40,638 bases of DNA from Myxococcaceae bacterium (GCA_019686135.1 JADGHL010000037.1:1-40638), one strand, 5' to 3'; shown: positions 28,174 to 39,622, numbered from the stretch's first letter. The notes: generated by a model from the sequence alone, not told the origin. Numbers and translations: made by a program.

Positions 28174-28273
28174 GGAAACGACCCTCAAAGTCGGAAAGGC
28201 GCGCACATTTGCCTTGTCGCGGGACGACTGTCAACAAGGAGCGCTTGCGCCGATTTCCGGTTGCGGTGGCGGT

Positions 28274-28936
<663 letters not shown>

Positions 28937-28990
28937 GTGAAGCTACCTCCAATTGGGGCGTTGACCCGCCCGGGTTCGAAAAACCGCGGG

Positions 28991-29018
28991 AACATACTGT
29001 CCCACACCTCTGAGTCAA
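28991..29018 (-). promoter_or_regulatory. Candidate sigma-70-type promoter for infC, located in the thrS-infC spacer
   Basis: On the minus strand, TTGACT is followed by a 16-nt spacer and TATGTT, about 50 nt upstream of the GGAGG RBS. Confidence 0.3.
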
Positions 29019-29146
29019 GGTGAGCCGCTTGCTCTCCGCTCAGGGGTCGACGCAGCGCGCTGTGGCCTCAGTGAAGTAACGCGTGCCCTCGCCGGTGCTC
29101 TTCCGCCAACTCTGGGAGCACCGGCGCGCCGGCGGGCCATTCGGGC

Positions 29147-31081
29147 CTACGGCAGCGCCGCCTCCTTCGCCAGCAGCTCTTCGAACGCCTCCGCGCTCAT
29201 GAACTTCAGATCCTCGCCGCCGTAGCGCCGGGGCGAGACGCCCTTGTCGGCGACCTCGCGATCGCCCACCACCAGCGTGAACGGGATCTTGTGGATCTGC
29301 GCCTCGCGGATGCGGGCGTTGAGCGTCATGTTCCGTTCGTCCAGCTCCACGCGGAAGCCCCGGGCGCGGAGCCGGTCCCTCATCGCCCGCGCGTAATCGA
29401 GGTGGCGGTCGGCCACGGTGACGATCGTCGCCTGCACCGGCGCCAGCCACACCGGGAACGCGCCGGCGAAGTGTTCGATCAGGATGGCGATGAAGCGCTC
29501 GAACGACCCGTAGATGGCGCGGTGGATGACCACCGGGCGGTGCTCGGCGTTGTCCTCGCCCACGTAGGTCAGGTCGAACCGGTCCGGCGACGGCGCGAGG
29601 TAGTCCACCTGGAAGGTGCCCAGCTGCCACTTGCGGCCGATCGAGTCGGACACGTCGAAGTCGAGCTTCGGGCCGTAGAAGGCGCCCTCGCCCGGCTTGT
29701 GCTCCGCCTGTAGCCCGAGCGCATCCAGCGCGCCCTTGAGCGCGGCCTCGGCGCGATCCCACATCTCGTCGGAACCGAGCCGCTGCACGGGCCGGGTGGA
29801 GAACTTCACCGCGTACTTGAGCCCCACCGCGTTGTAGACGCGATCGAGCAGCTGCACGAAGCGCTTGGCCTCCTCGGTGATCTGCGACTCCATCGCGTAG
29901 ATGTGCGCGTCGTCCTGGGAGAACTGCCGCACCCGCGTGAGCCCGCCGAGCGATCCGGTGGCCTCGTTTCGGTGCAGCGGATCGAACGTGGAGAAGCGCA
30001 GCGGGAGATCGCGGTACGAGCGCTTCTTGAACCCGTACATCAGGTGGTGGGACGGGCAGTTCATGGGCTTGAGCGAAAAGTTGTGCTCGTTCCCCTCGCT
30101 GTCCCAGACGAGGAACATGTTCTCCTTGTACTTGCCCCAGTGGCCGGACTGCTCCCAGAGCAGCTTGGAGAACATGAGCGGCGTCTTCACCTCCTGGTAG
30201 CCGTTCTCGGCGGTGAGCTTGCGCATCCAGTTGGAGAGCACCGTGTAGATGGCCGTCCCGCGCGGCAGCCAGAACGCCGCTCCCGGCGCCGCGGGGTGGA
30301 ACTGGAACAGCTCGAGCTCCTTGCCGAGGCGGCGGTGATCGCGCTTCTTCGCCTCCTCTAGGCGTTTGAGGTATTCGTTGAGCGCCTTCTTGTCGAAGAA
30401 GGCCGTGCCGTAGATCCGCTGCAACATCGCGTTGCGCGAATCCCCGCGCCAGTACGCGCCGGAGGACGACAGAAGCTTGATCACCCCCACCTTGCCGGTG
30501 GAGGGCCCGTGCGGCCCGAGGCAGAAGTCGACCCAGTCGCCGTGCCGGTAGAGCGTCAGCGTCTTCGCGCCGCGGGCGACGATGTCCTTGACGATCTCGA
30601 CCTTGTATTTCTCCCCCAGCTTCTCGAAGAGCGCGATCGCCTCGTCCGCGCTCACCTCTTCGCGCACGAAGGGGAGGTCCTTCTGGATCTCCTTGTTCGC
30701 CTCCGCCTCAATCCGCTCCAGGTCCTCGGGCGTGAACGGCGTCTCTTTGGCGAAGTCGTAATAGAAGCCGTCCTCGATCGCCGGGCCGATCGTCACCTGC
30801 GTGCCCGGGAACAGCCGCTGCACGACCGAGGCGACGATGTGCGCCGCGTCGTGGCGGATCACCTCCAACGCCTCGGGGTTGCGATCCGTGAGGATCTCCA
30901 GCTTCCCGTCCTCGAGCAGCGGCCGGGCGAGATCCATCTCCTGGCCGTTGAGCCGGGCGACGACCGCCGCCTTCGCCAGGCCGGGGCCGATCTGCGACTT
31001 CACGAACTCATGGATGGTGGTCCCGCGGCGGATGGACTTCTGGGAACCGTCGGGGAGCGTGACCGTGACCTGATCTGCCAT
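29147..31081 (-). CDS. thrS: Threonine--tRNA ligase
   Basis: The 644-aa product has a TGS domain N-terminus ([13 protein letters not shown]), a class II core ([14 protein letters not shown]..., [26 protein letters not shown]) and an anticodon-binding C-terminus. Confidence 0.9.
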   Translation of the reverse strand: MADQVTVTLPDGSQKSIRRGTTIHEFVKSQIGPGLAKAAVVARLNGQEMDLARPLLEDGKLEILTDRNPEALEVIRHDAAHIVASVVQRLFPGTQVTIGPAIEDGFYYDFAKETPFTPEDLERIEAEANKEIQKDLPFVREEVSADEAIALFEKLGEKYKVEIVKDIVARGAKTLTLYRHGDWVDFCLGPHGPSTGKVGVIKLLSSSGAYWRGDSRNAMLQRIYGTAFFDKKALNEYLKRLEEAKKRDHRRLGKELELFQFHPAAPGAAFWLPRGTAIYTVLSNWMRKLTAENGYQEVKTPLMFSKLLWEQSGHWGKYKENMFLVWDSEGNEHNFSLKPMNCPSHHLMYGFKKRSYRDLPLRFSTFDPLHRNEATGSLGGLTRVRQFSQDDAHIYAMESQITEEAKRFVQLLDRVYNAVGLKYAVKFSTRPVQRLGSDEMWDRAEAALKGALDALGLQAEHKPGEGAFYGPKLDFDVSDSIGRKWQLGTFQVDYLAPSPDRFDLTYVGEDNAEHRPVVIHRAIYGSFERFIAILIEHFAGAFPVWLAPVQATIVTVADRHLDYARAMRDRLRARGFRVELDERNMTLNARIREAQIHKIPFTLVVGDREVADKGVSPRRYGGEDLKFMSAEAFEELLAKEAALP

Positions 31082-31120
31082 CTGCCAATCTCCGCCCGGA
31101 GCGATACGAAGGCCCAGGGC

Positions 31121-31162
31121 ACAAAAGACGTGGGCGGCACAGCCTCGTCGACCGTGCCGCCC
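31121..31162 (-). terminator. Intrinsic terminator downstream of tRNA-Val
   Basis: A perfect 9-bp stem GGGCGGCAC/GTGCCGCCC with a 13-nt loop is present. On the minus strand it is followed by GTCTTTTGT. Confidence 0.45.
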
Positions 31163-31180
31163 GCCTGAAGGTTCAACGCC

Positions 31181-31255
<75 letters not shown>

Positions 31256-31371
31256 AGATGTCGAAGGCCGGCGCGAAATAGCAGTCGACCTGTGGGGCGT
31301 CAAGGCAATGCACGGGAGGGAACCTGCCGGACCGACGCGCGCATTCCGACACTGCTGACACTGGGGGGCGT

Positions 31372-32070
31372 TCAGCGGCGGGGCTCCCCCGCCAGGCGGA
31401 GCGCCGTGCGGATCACCGCGTCGAACATCGCCGGGGTCAGCCGCCCCGTCTGCGTGTTCTGCTGGCTGACGTGGAAGCAGCCGAGGATGAGCGGCGCGTC
31501 GCCGATCCGGGCGATGGCCCCTTGCGCGAACTTCGGCCGCGGCTTCGGCAGCCGCTGGCCCGCCCGCTCCAGGTGGCGCAGCGTGGAATCCCAGGCGTGC
31601 GCGCCGAGCGCGAGGAACACCCTGGGGCGAAGGAGCGCCAGCTCGCGATCCAGCCAGTGGGCGCAGGTGCGGAACTCCTCTGGCGTGGGCGCGTTGTTCG
31701 GCGGCGCGCAGCGCACCGGCGCGGTGATGAAGACGTCATGGAGGGTCAGCCCGTCGTCGCGGCTGGTGCTGGTGGGCTGATTCGCCAGCCCGGCGCGGTA
31801 CAGGCGGGCGAAGAGGAAGTCCCCGCTCCGATCGCCCGTGAAGAACCGCCCGGTGCGGTTGCCTCCATGCGCCGCCGGCGCCAGGCCGATGATCACGATC
31901 TTCGCCTTCGGATCGCCGAAGCCCGGCAGAGGGCGTCCCCAATAGGTCTGATCGCGGAACGCGCGCCGCTTCTCGGTGGCGACCTTCTCCCGCCAGGCGA
32001 CCAGCCGCGGACAGGCGCGGCAGGTGATGATCTCCGCATGAAGTCGGGCGAGGGCGTCGCGCGTCTGCAC
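31372..32070 (-). CDS. Uracil-DNA glycosylase superfamily protein, Fe-S type (family 4/5; GLAPA motif suggests family 5 UDGb-like)
   Basis: An N-terminal Cys pattern is present (CRACPRL), followed by a motif-A-like IIGLAPAAHGGNRTGRFFTGD and a C-terminal HVSQQN-type motif B. Family 4 has GE(A/G)PG at this position, whereas GLAPA is the family 5 signature; that distinction is from memory. Confidence 0.7.
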   Translation of the reverse strand: MQTRDALARLHAEIITCRACPRLVAWREKVATEKRRAFRDQTYWGRPLPGFGDPKAKIVIIGLAPAAHGGNRTGRFFTGDRSGDFLFARLYRAGLANQPTSTSRDDGLTLHDVFITAPVRCAPPNNAPTPEEFRTCAHWLDRELALLRPRVFLALGAHAWDSTLRHLERAGQRLPKPRPKFAQGAIARIGDAPLILGCFHVSQQNTQTGRLTPAMFDAVIRTALRLAGEPRR

Positions 32071-32131
32071 GGAGTGGATCTATCGCGCGAAAGCCCACAG
32101 AGGCGAGGCACGATTCCGTTCCCACGGGCGG

Positions 32132-35100
32132 CTACCGGGCCGGTTCCGCGGGCGGGGGGATCGCCTGCAACAGCTGCAGCGCTTCGTTGACGTGCTGCCA
32201 CACCTGAATGGCGCGCAGCGATCCCCCGCCCTCCTCCTTGAGGCTGCGGCGCGCCATGCGGGCCAGCGGAGCGAGCGCGCGCTGCACCAGCTCCACCTGA
32301 CGGTCGTAGGCGGCCGGATCCGGACGGGCATCGGGCGCGGGCGCGCGGCGCACCGCCTCCTGCAGCACCTCCGCGGACAACGACGTGGGACGTTCGGCGA
32401 TCGCCCGCAGCACCTCTTCGAGTCGCATCAGGTACGGCGTCAGATCCGGTGCGGCCGGTCCTTCCGCGCGCGGCGCCTCCTGCGCCCGGGCTGGCTGCGC
32501 CGCCGCCTTCGCCAGCTCCAGGAGCGCGGCATGGAGGGCGTCCAGCTTCATCCCCAGCGCGGTGAGCGCGACCGAGGACGGCGCGACGTCCGGCGCGCGG
32601 GCAAAGGGCGTCTCCCCCAGCGCCGCAGAGGCCTGCGACACGGCGTCGCGGATCCGCCCGAGCTGCTGTTCCAGCGCAGAGAGCCCGCCGGTGACCCGCG
32701 CCACCGGATCGTCCTCCCGCCCGCCCAAGAGCTGCAGCCGCGCCCAGCTCCGTTTGATTTCCTCCCACCGCGCCCGCTGTTCCGGGGTCAGTTTCCCGCG
32801 CAGCTCGGCCAGCTTGAGCAGGTTCTGCTCCGCACCGGTGGTGAGCGTCTGCGCCTCGCCGGCGTAGTGATCGTCGATGACCCGGTCCAGCTCCTCGTCG
32901 GTCATCGCCGATACGACCTTGTCGGCGATCTTCGCCATGTTCCGGTAGCTGCCCTGCAGCTTGAAGGGCGGCTCGGTGCGGAACCGGTCGTCCTGCGAGG
33001 CCGAGGCGATGTACGCCTGGTTCACCTTGAGCAGCGTCTGCTGCACCTTGAACAGCCGCTGCAGCACGGCGGTGATCTCCTGCACCTCCACCGCCGACCA
33101 GGCGTACGACAGATCGGTGAGCGGGATCTGTTCGCCCTGGGCCATCCGGATGAGCTTCCAGGTGTCCTTCGGATCGCGCCCGGCGAGCGGCGCGGTGACC
33201 GGGTTGGAGGTGAGCGCGTTCTCCACGTAGCTGAGCGCGAACAGCTCCTCCCGTCCGCCGAGGATCTCGCCGAGGTTGTAGGTGTCCGCGCGGTTGGCGA
33301 GCATGTCCGGGATCCGGAAGCGCTCGCCGGACTCGGTGTACGGGTTGCCCGCCATCACCACCGCGAACTTTTTGCCCCGAAGGTCCCAGGTGCGGCTTCG
33401 GCCCTTCCAAACGCCCTCCACCTTCCGCTGCCCGTCGCACAGCGAGATGAACTTCTGCAACAGCTCGGGCGAGGTGTGCTGGATGTCGTCGAGGTAGAGC
33501 AGCACGTTGTTGCCCATCTCGAAGGCGAGGTTGATCCGCTCCACCTCCTGCCGCGCCGCGAGGTTGGGCGCATCCTCCGGATCCAGCGAGGTCACCTCGT
33601 GCCCCAGCGCGGGGCCGTTCACCTTGACGAACACCAGCCCCAGCCGCGCGGCCACGTATTCGATCAACGTGGTCTTCCCGTAGCCGGGCGGGGAGATCAC
33701 GAGGAGCAGGCCCATCCGGTCGGTGCGCTTGGTGTCGCCGGCGGTGCCCAGCTGCTTCGCGAAGTTCTTGCCGATGAGCGGCAGGTACACTTCGTCGATC
33801 AACCGGTTGCGCACGAAGCTGGAGAGGATCTTCGGCTTGAGCTCGTCCACCCGGAGGCGGCGGCGCTCGGCGTCGAGGATCTCCCGGAGCCGGGCCCGGA
33901 AGGCGCGGTACTTCGGAGCCCCCGTGCGCAGGTAGCCAAAGAGCCGCTCCGAGAACTCGTCCAGGGCGAGCGTGAGCTTCTGGCCACTGATCCGCGGGTG
34001 GTTGCCGAGCAGCCCGTCCAGCTCCACGACCGTGCGCGCGCTCGAGACCTCGCGGTCGATGGCCCGGTCGCACAGGATGATCGCCTCGGCCTCGGCGATC
34101 TCCGCGCCGGCGCCCTGCTTCGCCGCGTCCGCCCACGCCGTGAGCCACTCGTGCACGAGCGCGCGCTGTTCGCGCCACCGCCCGTTCAGCTGGCGCAGGT
34201 CCTCCTCCAGCTCCCGGCGGGTCCCGGCGCGTTCGAGGTGTGCCCAGAAGGCGTCCTTGTGCGTCACCGACGCCTGGGCGGTGGTGAAGCGTGGCTGCTC
34301 GCGGGTGAGCTCTTCGACGAGGTAGCGGGCGGCGAGCTGCGCCTCGTCCCCGCTACACGGCGCGCCCACCCGCTCCGCGAACGCGCAAAGCTCCGGCGTC
34401 AGCTCCTCCGCCAGCGACAAAAGCGCCGAGGTCCGCGCGAGGTGATCGCGCAGCCGGCCGTAGCTCACCGCACGGCGATGCCAGATGGCGCGCGCGTGCT
34501 CGTCCTTGTGCCACGCCCAGAAGAGCTGCGCGTGCGCCCGGGCCACAGGTCCGAAGCGCAACAGCCCCGCGGTCTGCCGGAGCGCCAGCACCGCGGCGAG
34601 GATCTTCGCCGCATCCGCGTCGTGGACCCCGCGCTCGTAGCCTTCGTCGTAGCGCTCCTGCGCGTACGAGCGGACGAGCGGCAACAGCGCCTCGGCGTCC
34701 GCGCTCGAAGGCAGCGGCGGTGTGCGCCCGTCCTCCGCGTCGAAGAGCATCGACGCGGCCAGGTACTCGCCGCGGTAGATCGCCTTCGTCTCGGAGACCA
34801 GGTGCTGGTCCCAGAACGGCCGCGTGTCCTCCAGCGCCTCCAGGTTCAGCGGCTCATAGAAGTCCGTCCCGGTCAGATGCAGCGCCAGCGCGCCATCGCG
34901 TGGCACCACGGTCAGCTCCAGCGGCTGGGTGTTGACGTTGAACCGGTGCGGCCCGAGCTTGATGACGCTGGCCCCGTCCTCGAACAGGTCCTGCTTGTCG
35001 CGCAGGATGCGGGCGGCGTCCTGCTTCGTCTGCTTGAGGCGGGAGGTGAGCTCGTCGGCGCGCACCGAGTCGCCCAGCGAAAGGAGCTGTTCGGCGATGG

Positions 35101-37555
35101 CCTGGGCCTTGTGCACCATCGCGTCCGAGGCGAACCAGGCGTTGAGCTCGTCCTCGGTCTTGAAGGTCTCCGCGCGCCGCTTCAGCCCCTGAAGGATCCG
35201 GTCCGCGGCCTCGAAGAGGTTCTGCGCGCGGCGCTGCCGTTCGTCGAGGAGCTGCTGCCGCTTCGCCCCGAACGCCTCGTGCAGCTCCTCGCGCTTCTTC
35301 GCCAGCTCGGCGACGAACTCGTCCAGCTCCCCGAAGCGGCCCTCGAGCTCCTCCAGCTGCACCATCAGCCGGGAGAGTTGCTCGTCGCACTTCTCCGGCG
35401 TGTCGCTCTGGCCGATCGCGCTCTCGATCGCCTGGCCGAGCAGCTTGAACTGGGCGGCGAACTCAGCGCGGCCTTCCCGGCCGGCGATCTCCTTGCGGCG
35501 CGCCTGCACCGTGGCGCGGACGCGGTTGAGGTGGCTGAAGACCTCGCTGATGCCCTCGAGGATCTTCGCGCGCGCGACCGGGTCGCCCACCTGCAGCTGC
35601 CCCACCACCTCCGCCAGCACGTTGAGCCCGGCGGAGGTCTGCTCCAGCTCGGAGGTGATGGGGACGAGATCCGCGCTCCGCTCCGCCTTCTGACCTGCTT
35701 CGAGCAGCGCCCCGAGCTTCGCGGTCAGGGGCGCCAGCGCGTCCTTGTCGAGCAGAAAGCTCACGCACGCCTGCGAGAGCACGTCGAAGTGCGCCTGGGT
35801 CGCCCGCTCCAGCTCGGCGATGCGGTTCAGATCGACGTATCGGACCTCCTTGAGGGTGATGAGGTGCCCGCGGTGCCGGCGCAGCCCATCCAGCGCCTCC
35901 ATGAACTCCGACACCGAGGTGAGCGAGTCGGGGAGCACGCCGTCCACGCGCCGGGCCTGTTCGGCCTCGGCCTCGGCGAGGACCTCGCGCGCCTTCTGCT
36001 TGAGCGCCTGGACCTTCTCGAACTCGGCGACGATCAGATCCGCCGAGCGGCGCAGGTCCTCCACCGGCTGGGCGAGGTTCGTCTCCGGGTTGCCCAGCCA
36101 GTGGTAGCCGTCCAGCATCCGGGTGCAGGCGGCGATCAGATCCTCGAACGCGCGGCGGCTGGTGTGCTCCGCCTCCGCCATCCGCTTGATCGTGTAGGCC
36201 TCGGAGATCCCCCGCACCAGCTCAGCGTTACCGATCTTCGAGAGGAACGATCCGTCGGCCGGCTTCGACTGCGCGGCGTGCTCGGCCGAGACGAACGGCG
36301 TCTGCCAGATCTGCACCGGGTGGACGCGCTGCGGCTCGTCGCCGGCGGAACGGAAGACGATCATCTTTCCGTCGCCGAAGAGCGAGTAGCCGTGACACTG
36401 AATCGGCGTGGCCACCTCGCGGCGAACGAGGTTGTACGGCAGCAGCACGTACCGGCCCTCGTTGGGCTCGAAGAAGATGTAGAGGACGTCCTCGCCGTTG
36501 GGCGAGCGGATGGCGCGGCGGAAGATGAGCCCTTCGGGGCGCTCGTCGAAGACCTTGTAGTCGCCGGTCTGCAGGTAGTAGCCGCCGGGGAAGATGATCC
36601 CCTGGTCCTCGGGGAGCTGGATGCAGGCGTTGCCGATCGCGTCGATCCGCACCACGTGGCGGGTGCGGGTGTTGAAGACCAGGTACCGCCAGGTCTCTTC
36701 GCGGAAGGGCAGCACCTTGAGGAGGATCAGCGTGCCGACCTTCGCATAGTGGATCTGCGCGTCGTCGAGCGACTGGTTCTTGTCCTCCACCTCCTCCCGG
36801 TAGATTCCCAGCCCGTCCTCGGTGTTGTTCTCCACCTTCACGGTGAGATCGCCGCCCACCGTCTCCACGAACACCTCGTTGAGGATGTTGACGTGCGGGT
36901 GGCGGCCGCGGACGAACTGGTCGCGGCCGGTGGGGATCCACTCGAAGTCGTGTGACGGCGGGAACACGTTCTCCCGCTCGCCCGCGTTGTCGATGTAGGT
37001 CGCGCGGCCGGACGGATCGAGGTTGAAGCGGAAGACCTTCACGTCGCGGGCGGACTCGCCCACCTGGAAGACCATCAGCAGCCGGCCATCGAGGTGCCGC
37101 AGGTAGGACAACCGCGTGCCCTTGTAGTAGCGGTACAGCTCCTGGAAGTCCTTCACGAAGCGCGGGTCGGCGAGGAAGCCGCCCGCCTCGGTGGCCGGGA
37201 CCTCGGAGAGATCGAACCCGTCTGCGGTGGGCTCGAACCGGTGGAGCGACATCACGTCGGAGACCTGCGTCTCCGACTTGAGCCCGATGAAGACGTTGAA
37301 CCCGAACAACAGGTGCCGGCCCACCGACTTGATGTCGCGGGGCACGCAGTTGTGCTCGGTGCGGACGCGCTCGTTTCCGAGGATCGCCAGCTCGGCGCCG
37401 GAGAAGAGCTGCTTGCGGCGCTCGTTGAGCGCGTCCGCGCGCGCGCCCAGCTCCTTCGCGTGGGCCAGAAGGCGCGCGCGGATCACCTCATAGGAGCCGC
37501 CGTCCAGCTCCGGGCCGGCGCTCGCGGCCTCCCCCTGCGGCTGCTCGGTGGCCAT
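32132..37555 (-). CDS. Giant (1807 aa) multidomain protein with a single MoxR/dynein-type AAA_5 ATPase module; function unknown
   Basis: Walker A is LLVISPPGYGKTT (DNA ~33668-33685). Walker B is VLLYLDDIQH. MoxR-like sensor motifs are present (AGNPYT...RIPDMLANRADTYNLG). There is a ~480-aa N-terminal beta-rich region, a ~650-aa helical/coiled-coil middle and a ~440-aa helical C-terminus. A GAGG RBS overlaps the flotillin stop. The plus-strand 1587-aa ORF is an antisense artefact. Confidence 0.8.
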   Translation of the reverse strand: MATEQPQGEAASAGPELDGGSYEVIRARLLAHAKELGARADALNERRKQLFSGAELAILGNERVRTEHNCVPRDIKSVGRHLLFGFNVFIGLKSETQVSDVMSLHRFEPTADGFDLSEVPATEAGGFLADPRFVKDFQELYRYYKGTRLSYLRHLDGRLLMVFQVGESARDVKVFRFNLDPSGRATYIDNAGERENVFPPSHDFEWIPTGRDQFVRGRHPHVNILNEVFVETVGGDLTVKVENNTEDGLGIYREEVEDKNQSLDDAQIHYAKVGTLILLKVLPFREETWRYLVFNTRTRHVVRIDAIGNACIQLPEDQGIIFPGGYYLQTGDYKVFDERPEGLIFRRAIRSPNGEDVLYIFFEPNEGRYVLLPYNLVRREVATPIQCHGYSLFGDGKMIVFRSAGDEPQRVHPVQIWQTPFVSAEHAAQSKPADGSFLSKIGNAELVRGISEAYTIKRMAEAEHTSRRAFEDLIAACTRMLDGYHWLGNPETNLAQPVEDLRRSADLIVAEFEKVQALKQKAREVLAEAEAEQARRVDGVLPDSLTSVSEFMEALDGLRRHRGHLITLKEVRYVDLNRIAELERATQAHFDVLSQACVSFLLDKDALAPLTAKLGALLEAGQKAERSADLVPITSELEQTSAGLNVLAEVVGQLQVGDPVARAKILEGISEVFSHLNRVRATVQARRKEIAGREGRAEFAAQFKLLGQAIESAIGQSDTPEKCDEQLSRLMVQLEELEGRFGELDEFVAELAKKREELHEAFGAKRQQLLDERQRRAQNLFEAADRILQGLKRRAETFKTEDELNAWFASDAMVHKAQAIAEQLLSLGDSVRADELTSRLKQTKQDAARILRDKQDLFEDGASVIKLGPHRFNVNTQPLELTVVPRDGALALHLTGTDFYEPLNLEALEDTRPFWDQHLVSETKAIYRGEYLAASMLFDAEDGRTPPLPSSADAEALLPLVRSYAQERYDEGYERGVHDADAAKILAAVLALRQTAGLLRFGPVARAHAQLFWAWHKDEHARAIWHRRAVSYGRLRDHLARTSALLSLAEELTPELCAFAERVGAPCSGDEAQLAARYLVEELTREQPRFTTAQASVTHKDAFWAHLERAGTRRELEEDLRQLNGRWREQRALVHEWLTAWADAAKQGAGAEIAEAEAIILCDRAIDREVSSARTVVELDGLLGNHPRISGQKLTLALDEFSERLFGYLRTGAPKYRAFRARLREILDAERRRLRVDELKPKILSSFVRNRLIDEVYLPLIGKNFAKQLGTAGDTKRTDRMGLLLVISPPGYGKTTLIEYVAARLGLVFVKVNGPALGHEVTSLDPEDAPNLAARQEVERINLAFEMGNNVLLYLDDIQHTSPELLQKFISLCDGQRKVEGVWKGRSRTWDLRGKKFAVVMAGNPYTESGERFRIPDMLANRADTYNLGEILGGREELFALSYVENALTSNPVTAPLAGRDPKDTWKLIRMAQGEQIPLTDLSYAWSAVEVQEITAVLQRLFKVQQTLLKVNQAYIASASQDDRFRTEPPFKLQGSYRNMAKIADKVVSAMTDEELDRVIDDHYAGEAQTLTTGAEQNLLKLAELRGKLTPEQRARWEEIKRSWARLQLLGGREDDPVARVTGGLSALEQQLGRIRDAVSQASAALGETPFARAPDVAPSSVALTALGMKLDALHAALLELAKAAAQPARAQEAPRAEGPAAPDLTPYLMRLEEVLRAIAERPTSLSAEVLQEAVRRAPAPDARPDPAAYDRQVELVQRALAPLARMARRSLKEEGGGSLRAIQVWQHVNEALQLLQAIPPPAEPAR

Positions 37556-37564
37556 GGCGCAGCC

Positions 37565-39622
37565 TCAGCGCGTGGGCCGGGGCTCGACGTTGGAGGACTC
37601 GCCTGCGACTGGGCCCCCGCGCTCCGCGGCCATCTTCGCCATCAGCGCGGCGAGCGCGACGTGGGACGCGTCCTGCGCCACGCCCGGCCGGGAGAGGATC
37701 TCCTTGAGATCGTCCGGGAGGCTGCGGTCGCCCTCGAGGTACGGCTTGAGCGCGGTGCGCAGCGCGCCGGAGCTGTCGATCGCCGCGTCTGCGGACTGGC
37801 CGAGCGTGACCGCCCGCATGAACTGGTCGAAGAACTTCCCCTCGCCGCCGACGATGTGGATCTTCGCGTTGCCCATCGCCTCGGACATGACCTGCGCCTG
37901 GCTGGAGGCGATCTGCGTGCGCGCGGTGATCGACGCCAGCTCCACCTCCTTCTCCTTCTGCAGCCGGAGCCGGTACTCCTCGTGCGCGCGGGAGGCCTCG
38001 TCCAGCGCCTTCATCGCCTCCGCCTTCTCGGCGATGCCCTTCGCCTCGGCGACCAGCTTCTCCTGGATCGCCACCGCCTCCGCCAGGCCGCGCAGCTTGA
38101 TCGCCTCCGCCTCGGCCTGCTCCACGCGCACCTGCGCCAGCCCCTTCTCCACGTCGCCCGCGGCCTCGGCCAGCTTCCGCTCCTTGATCACCCGGGCCTC
38201 GGCCAGCCCCACCTTCTCGATCGCCACCGCGTCGGCCTCCTTCACCCGCACCTCGCCCAGCCCCTTCGCGCTGTGCTCGGCCTGGATGCCCTCGGCCAGC
38301 CGGATCTTCGCCTTCGCCAGCCGGTCCGCCGCCTCCATCTCCGCGTCGGCGAGCTGCAGCTTCTTGCGCGCCTCGATCTTCGTGACCTCCTCCGAGGCCT
38401 CGGCCGCCTTGATCTCCTTGACCAGAAGCTCCTGCGCCTCGGCCTCGGCGTGGACGATGGCCGCCTCCTTCTGGCGCTTCGCCTCGGCGATGAGCCGCAG
38501 GTCTTTGATGTTCTCCTCCTCCTGCGCCACCGTCTTGTCGACCGCAATCCGCGTGCGCACCACGTCGGCGATCGCCTTGCGCTCCACCTCCAGCGCCTTC
38601 TCCTTGGCGATCCGCTGCAGCTCCACCTCGCGCTCGCGGGCGATCGCCTCGAGCTGACGATCCTTTGCGACCTTCTCGCTCTCGATCCCGACGATCCGCT
38701 CGCGGTTCTTCTGCGCCACCTCCACCTGGCGCAGCTTGTTCTGGTCGTTGATCAGGATCTCCTCTTCCGCCTTGATGCGCGCGAGCTGGGCGCGGGCGTG
38801 CTCTTCCGCCTTGACCCGTTCGGTCTCCGCCGCCTCGCGGGCGCGGATGGTCTCGATCTCACGCTTCTGCTTCGCCTCCGCCTCCGCCTGCTGCCGCTCG
38901 AGCGCCAGCACCGCCTCGTTGGCTTCGACGTTCTGCTTGGTGATGGCCTTGCGCTCGTTCTGCCGGAACTCGTTGGTGAGGATGTTCTGCGCCGCGGTCA
39001 TCTCGGTGATTTTCCGGATGCCCTGCGAGTCGAGGATGTTGTCCTTGTCGAGCAGCTCGATCGGCGTCTGCTCGAGGTAGTCGATGGCGACGTCCTCCAG
39101 CATGTAGCCGTTGAGGTCCTTGCCGATGACCTCGACGATCTGATCCTTGAAGTGGTCGCGCGACTTGTAGAGGTCTTCGAAGTCCATCCGCTTGCCCACG
39201 GTCTTGAGGGCTTCGGAGAACTTGGCGACGAACAGATCCTCCAGCGTCTTCGGATCCGAGGCGCGCGCGCAGCCGATCGACTGGGCCACCTTCAGCACGT
39301 CCTCCTCGGTCTTGTTCACCCGCACGAAGAACGCGACCTTGATGTCCGCGCGGATGTTGTCCTGGCAGATCAGCCCTTCCTTGCCGCGCCGGTCGATCTC
39401 GATGGTCTTCAGCGAGATGTCCATCACCTCGGCGCGGTGGATGACCGGCAGCACCAGGCCGCCGTTGAAGGTGACCTTCACGTCCCGGACGCCGTTGATG
39501 ATGAGCGCCTTGCCCTGATCCACCTTGCGGTAGAGCTTGACCACCAGCCAGGACATCCCGAGCGCGAGCACCACCAGGGCGGCCGCGCTGCCACCGACCA
39601 GGACAATCGTGTTGTTATCCAT
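37565..39622 (-). CDS. Flotillin-like SPFH/band-7 protein (YqiK/FloT-like) with a long Ala/Glu/Lys-rich coiled coil
   Basis: An N-terminal TM helix is followed by YRKVDQGKALIINGVRDVKVTFNGGLVLPVIHRAEVMD, the flotillin signature. An SPFH domain and EA-repeat-like coiled coil follow (AEAEAKQKREIETIRAREAAETERVKAEE...). ATG 39622 (MDNNTIV) is preferred. A GTG at 39682 is the alternative start. Confidence 0.8.
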   Translation of the reverse strand: MDNNTIVLVGGSAAALVVLALGMSWLVVKLYRKVDQGKALIINGVRDVKVTFNGGLVLPVIHRAEVMDISLKTIEIDRRGKEGLICQDNIRADIKVAFFVRVNKTEEDVLKVAQSIGCARASDPKTLEDLFVAKFSEALKTVGKRMDFEDLYKSRDHFKDQIVEVIGKDLNGYMLEDVAIDYLEQTPIELLDKDNILDSQGIRKITEMTAAQNILTNEFRQNERKAITKQNVEANEAVLALERQQAEAEAKQKREIETIRAREAAETERVKAEEHARAQLARIKAEEEILINDQNKLRQVEVAQKNRERIVGIESEKVAKDRQLEAIAREREVELQRIAKEKALEVERKAIADVVRTRIAVDKTVAQEEENIKDLRLIAEAKRQKEAAIVHAEAEAQELLVKEIKAAEASEEVTKIEARKKLQLADAEMEAADRLAKAKIRLAEGIQAEHSAKGLGEVRVKEADAVAIEKVGLAEARVIKERKLAEAAGDVEKGLAQVRVEQAEAEAIKLRGLAEAVAIQEKLVAEAKGIAEKAEAMKALDEASRAHEEYRLRLQKEKEVELASITARTQIASSQAQVMSEAMGNAKIHIVGGEGKFFDQFMRAVTLGQSADAAIDSSGALRTALKPYLEGDRSLPDDLKEILSRPGVAQDASHVALAALMAKMAAERGGPVAGESSNVEPRPTR

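Noticed and set aside
32192-36955. 1587-aa plus-strand ORF
   Set aside because: It is antisense to the giant ATPase gene, which carries Walker A/B motifs. It is Arg/Leu/Gly/Glu-rich and has no domain signatures.
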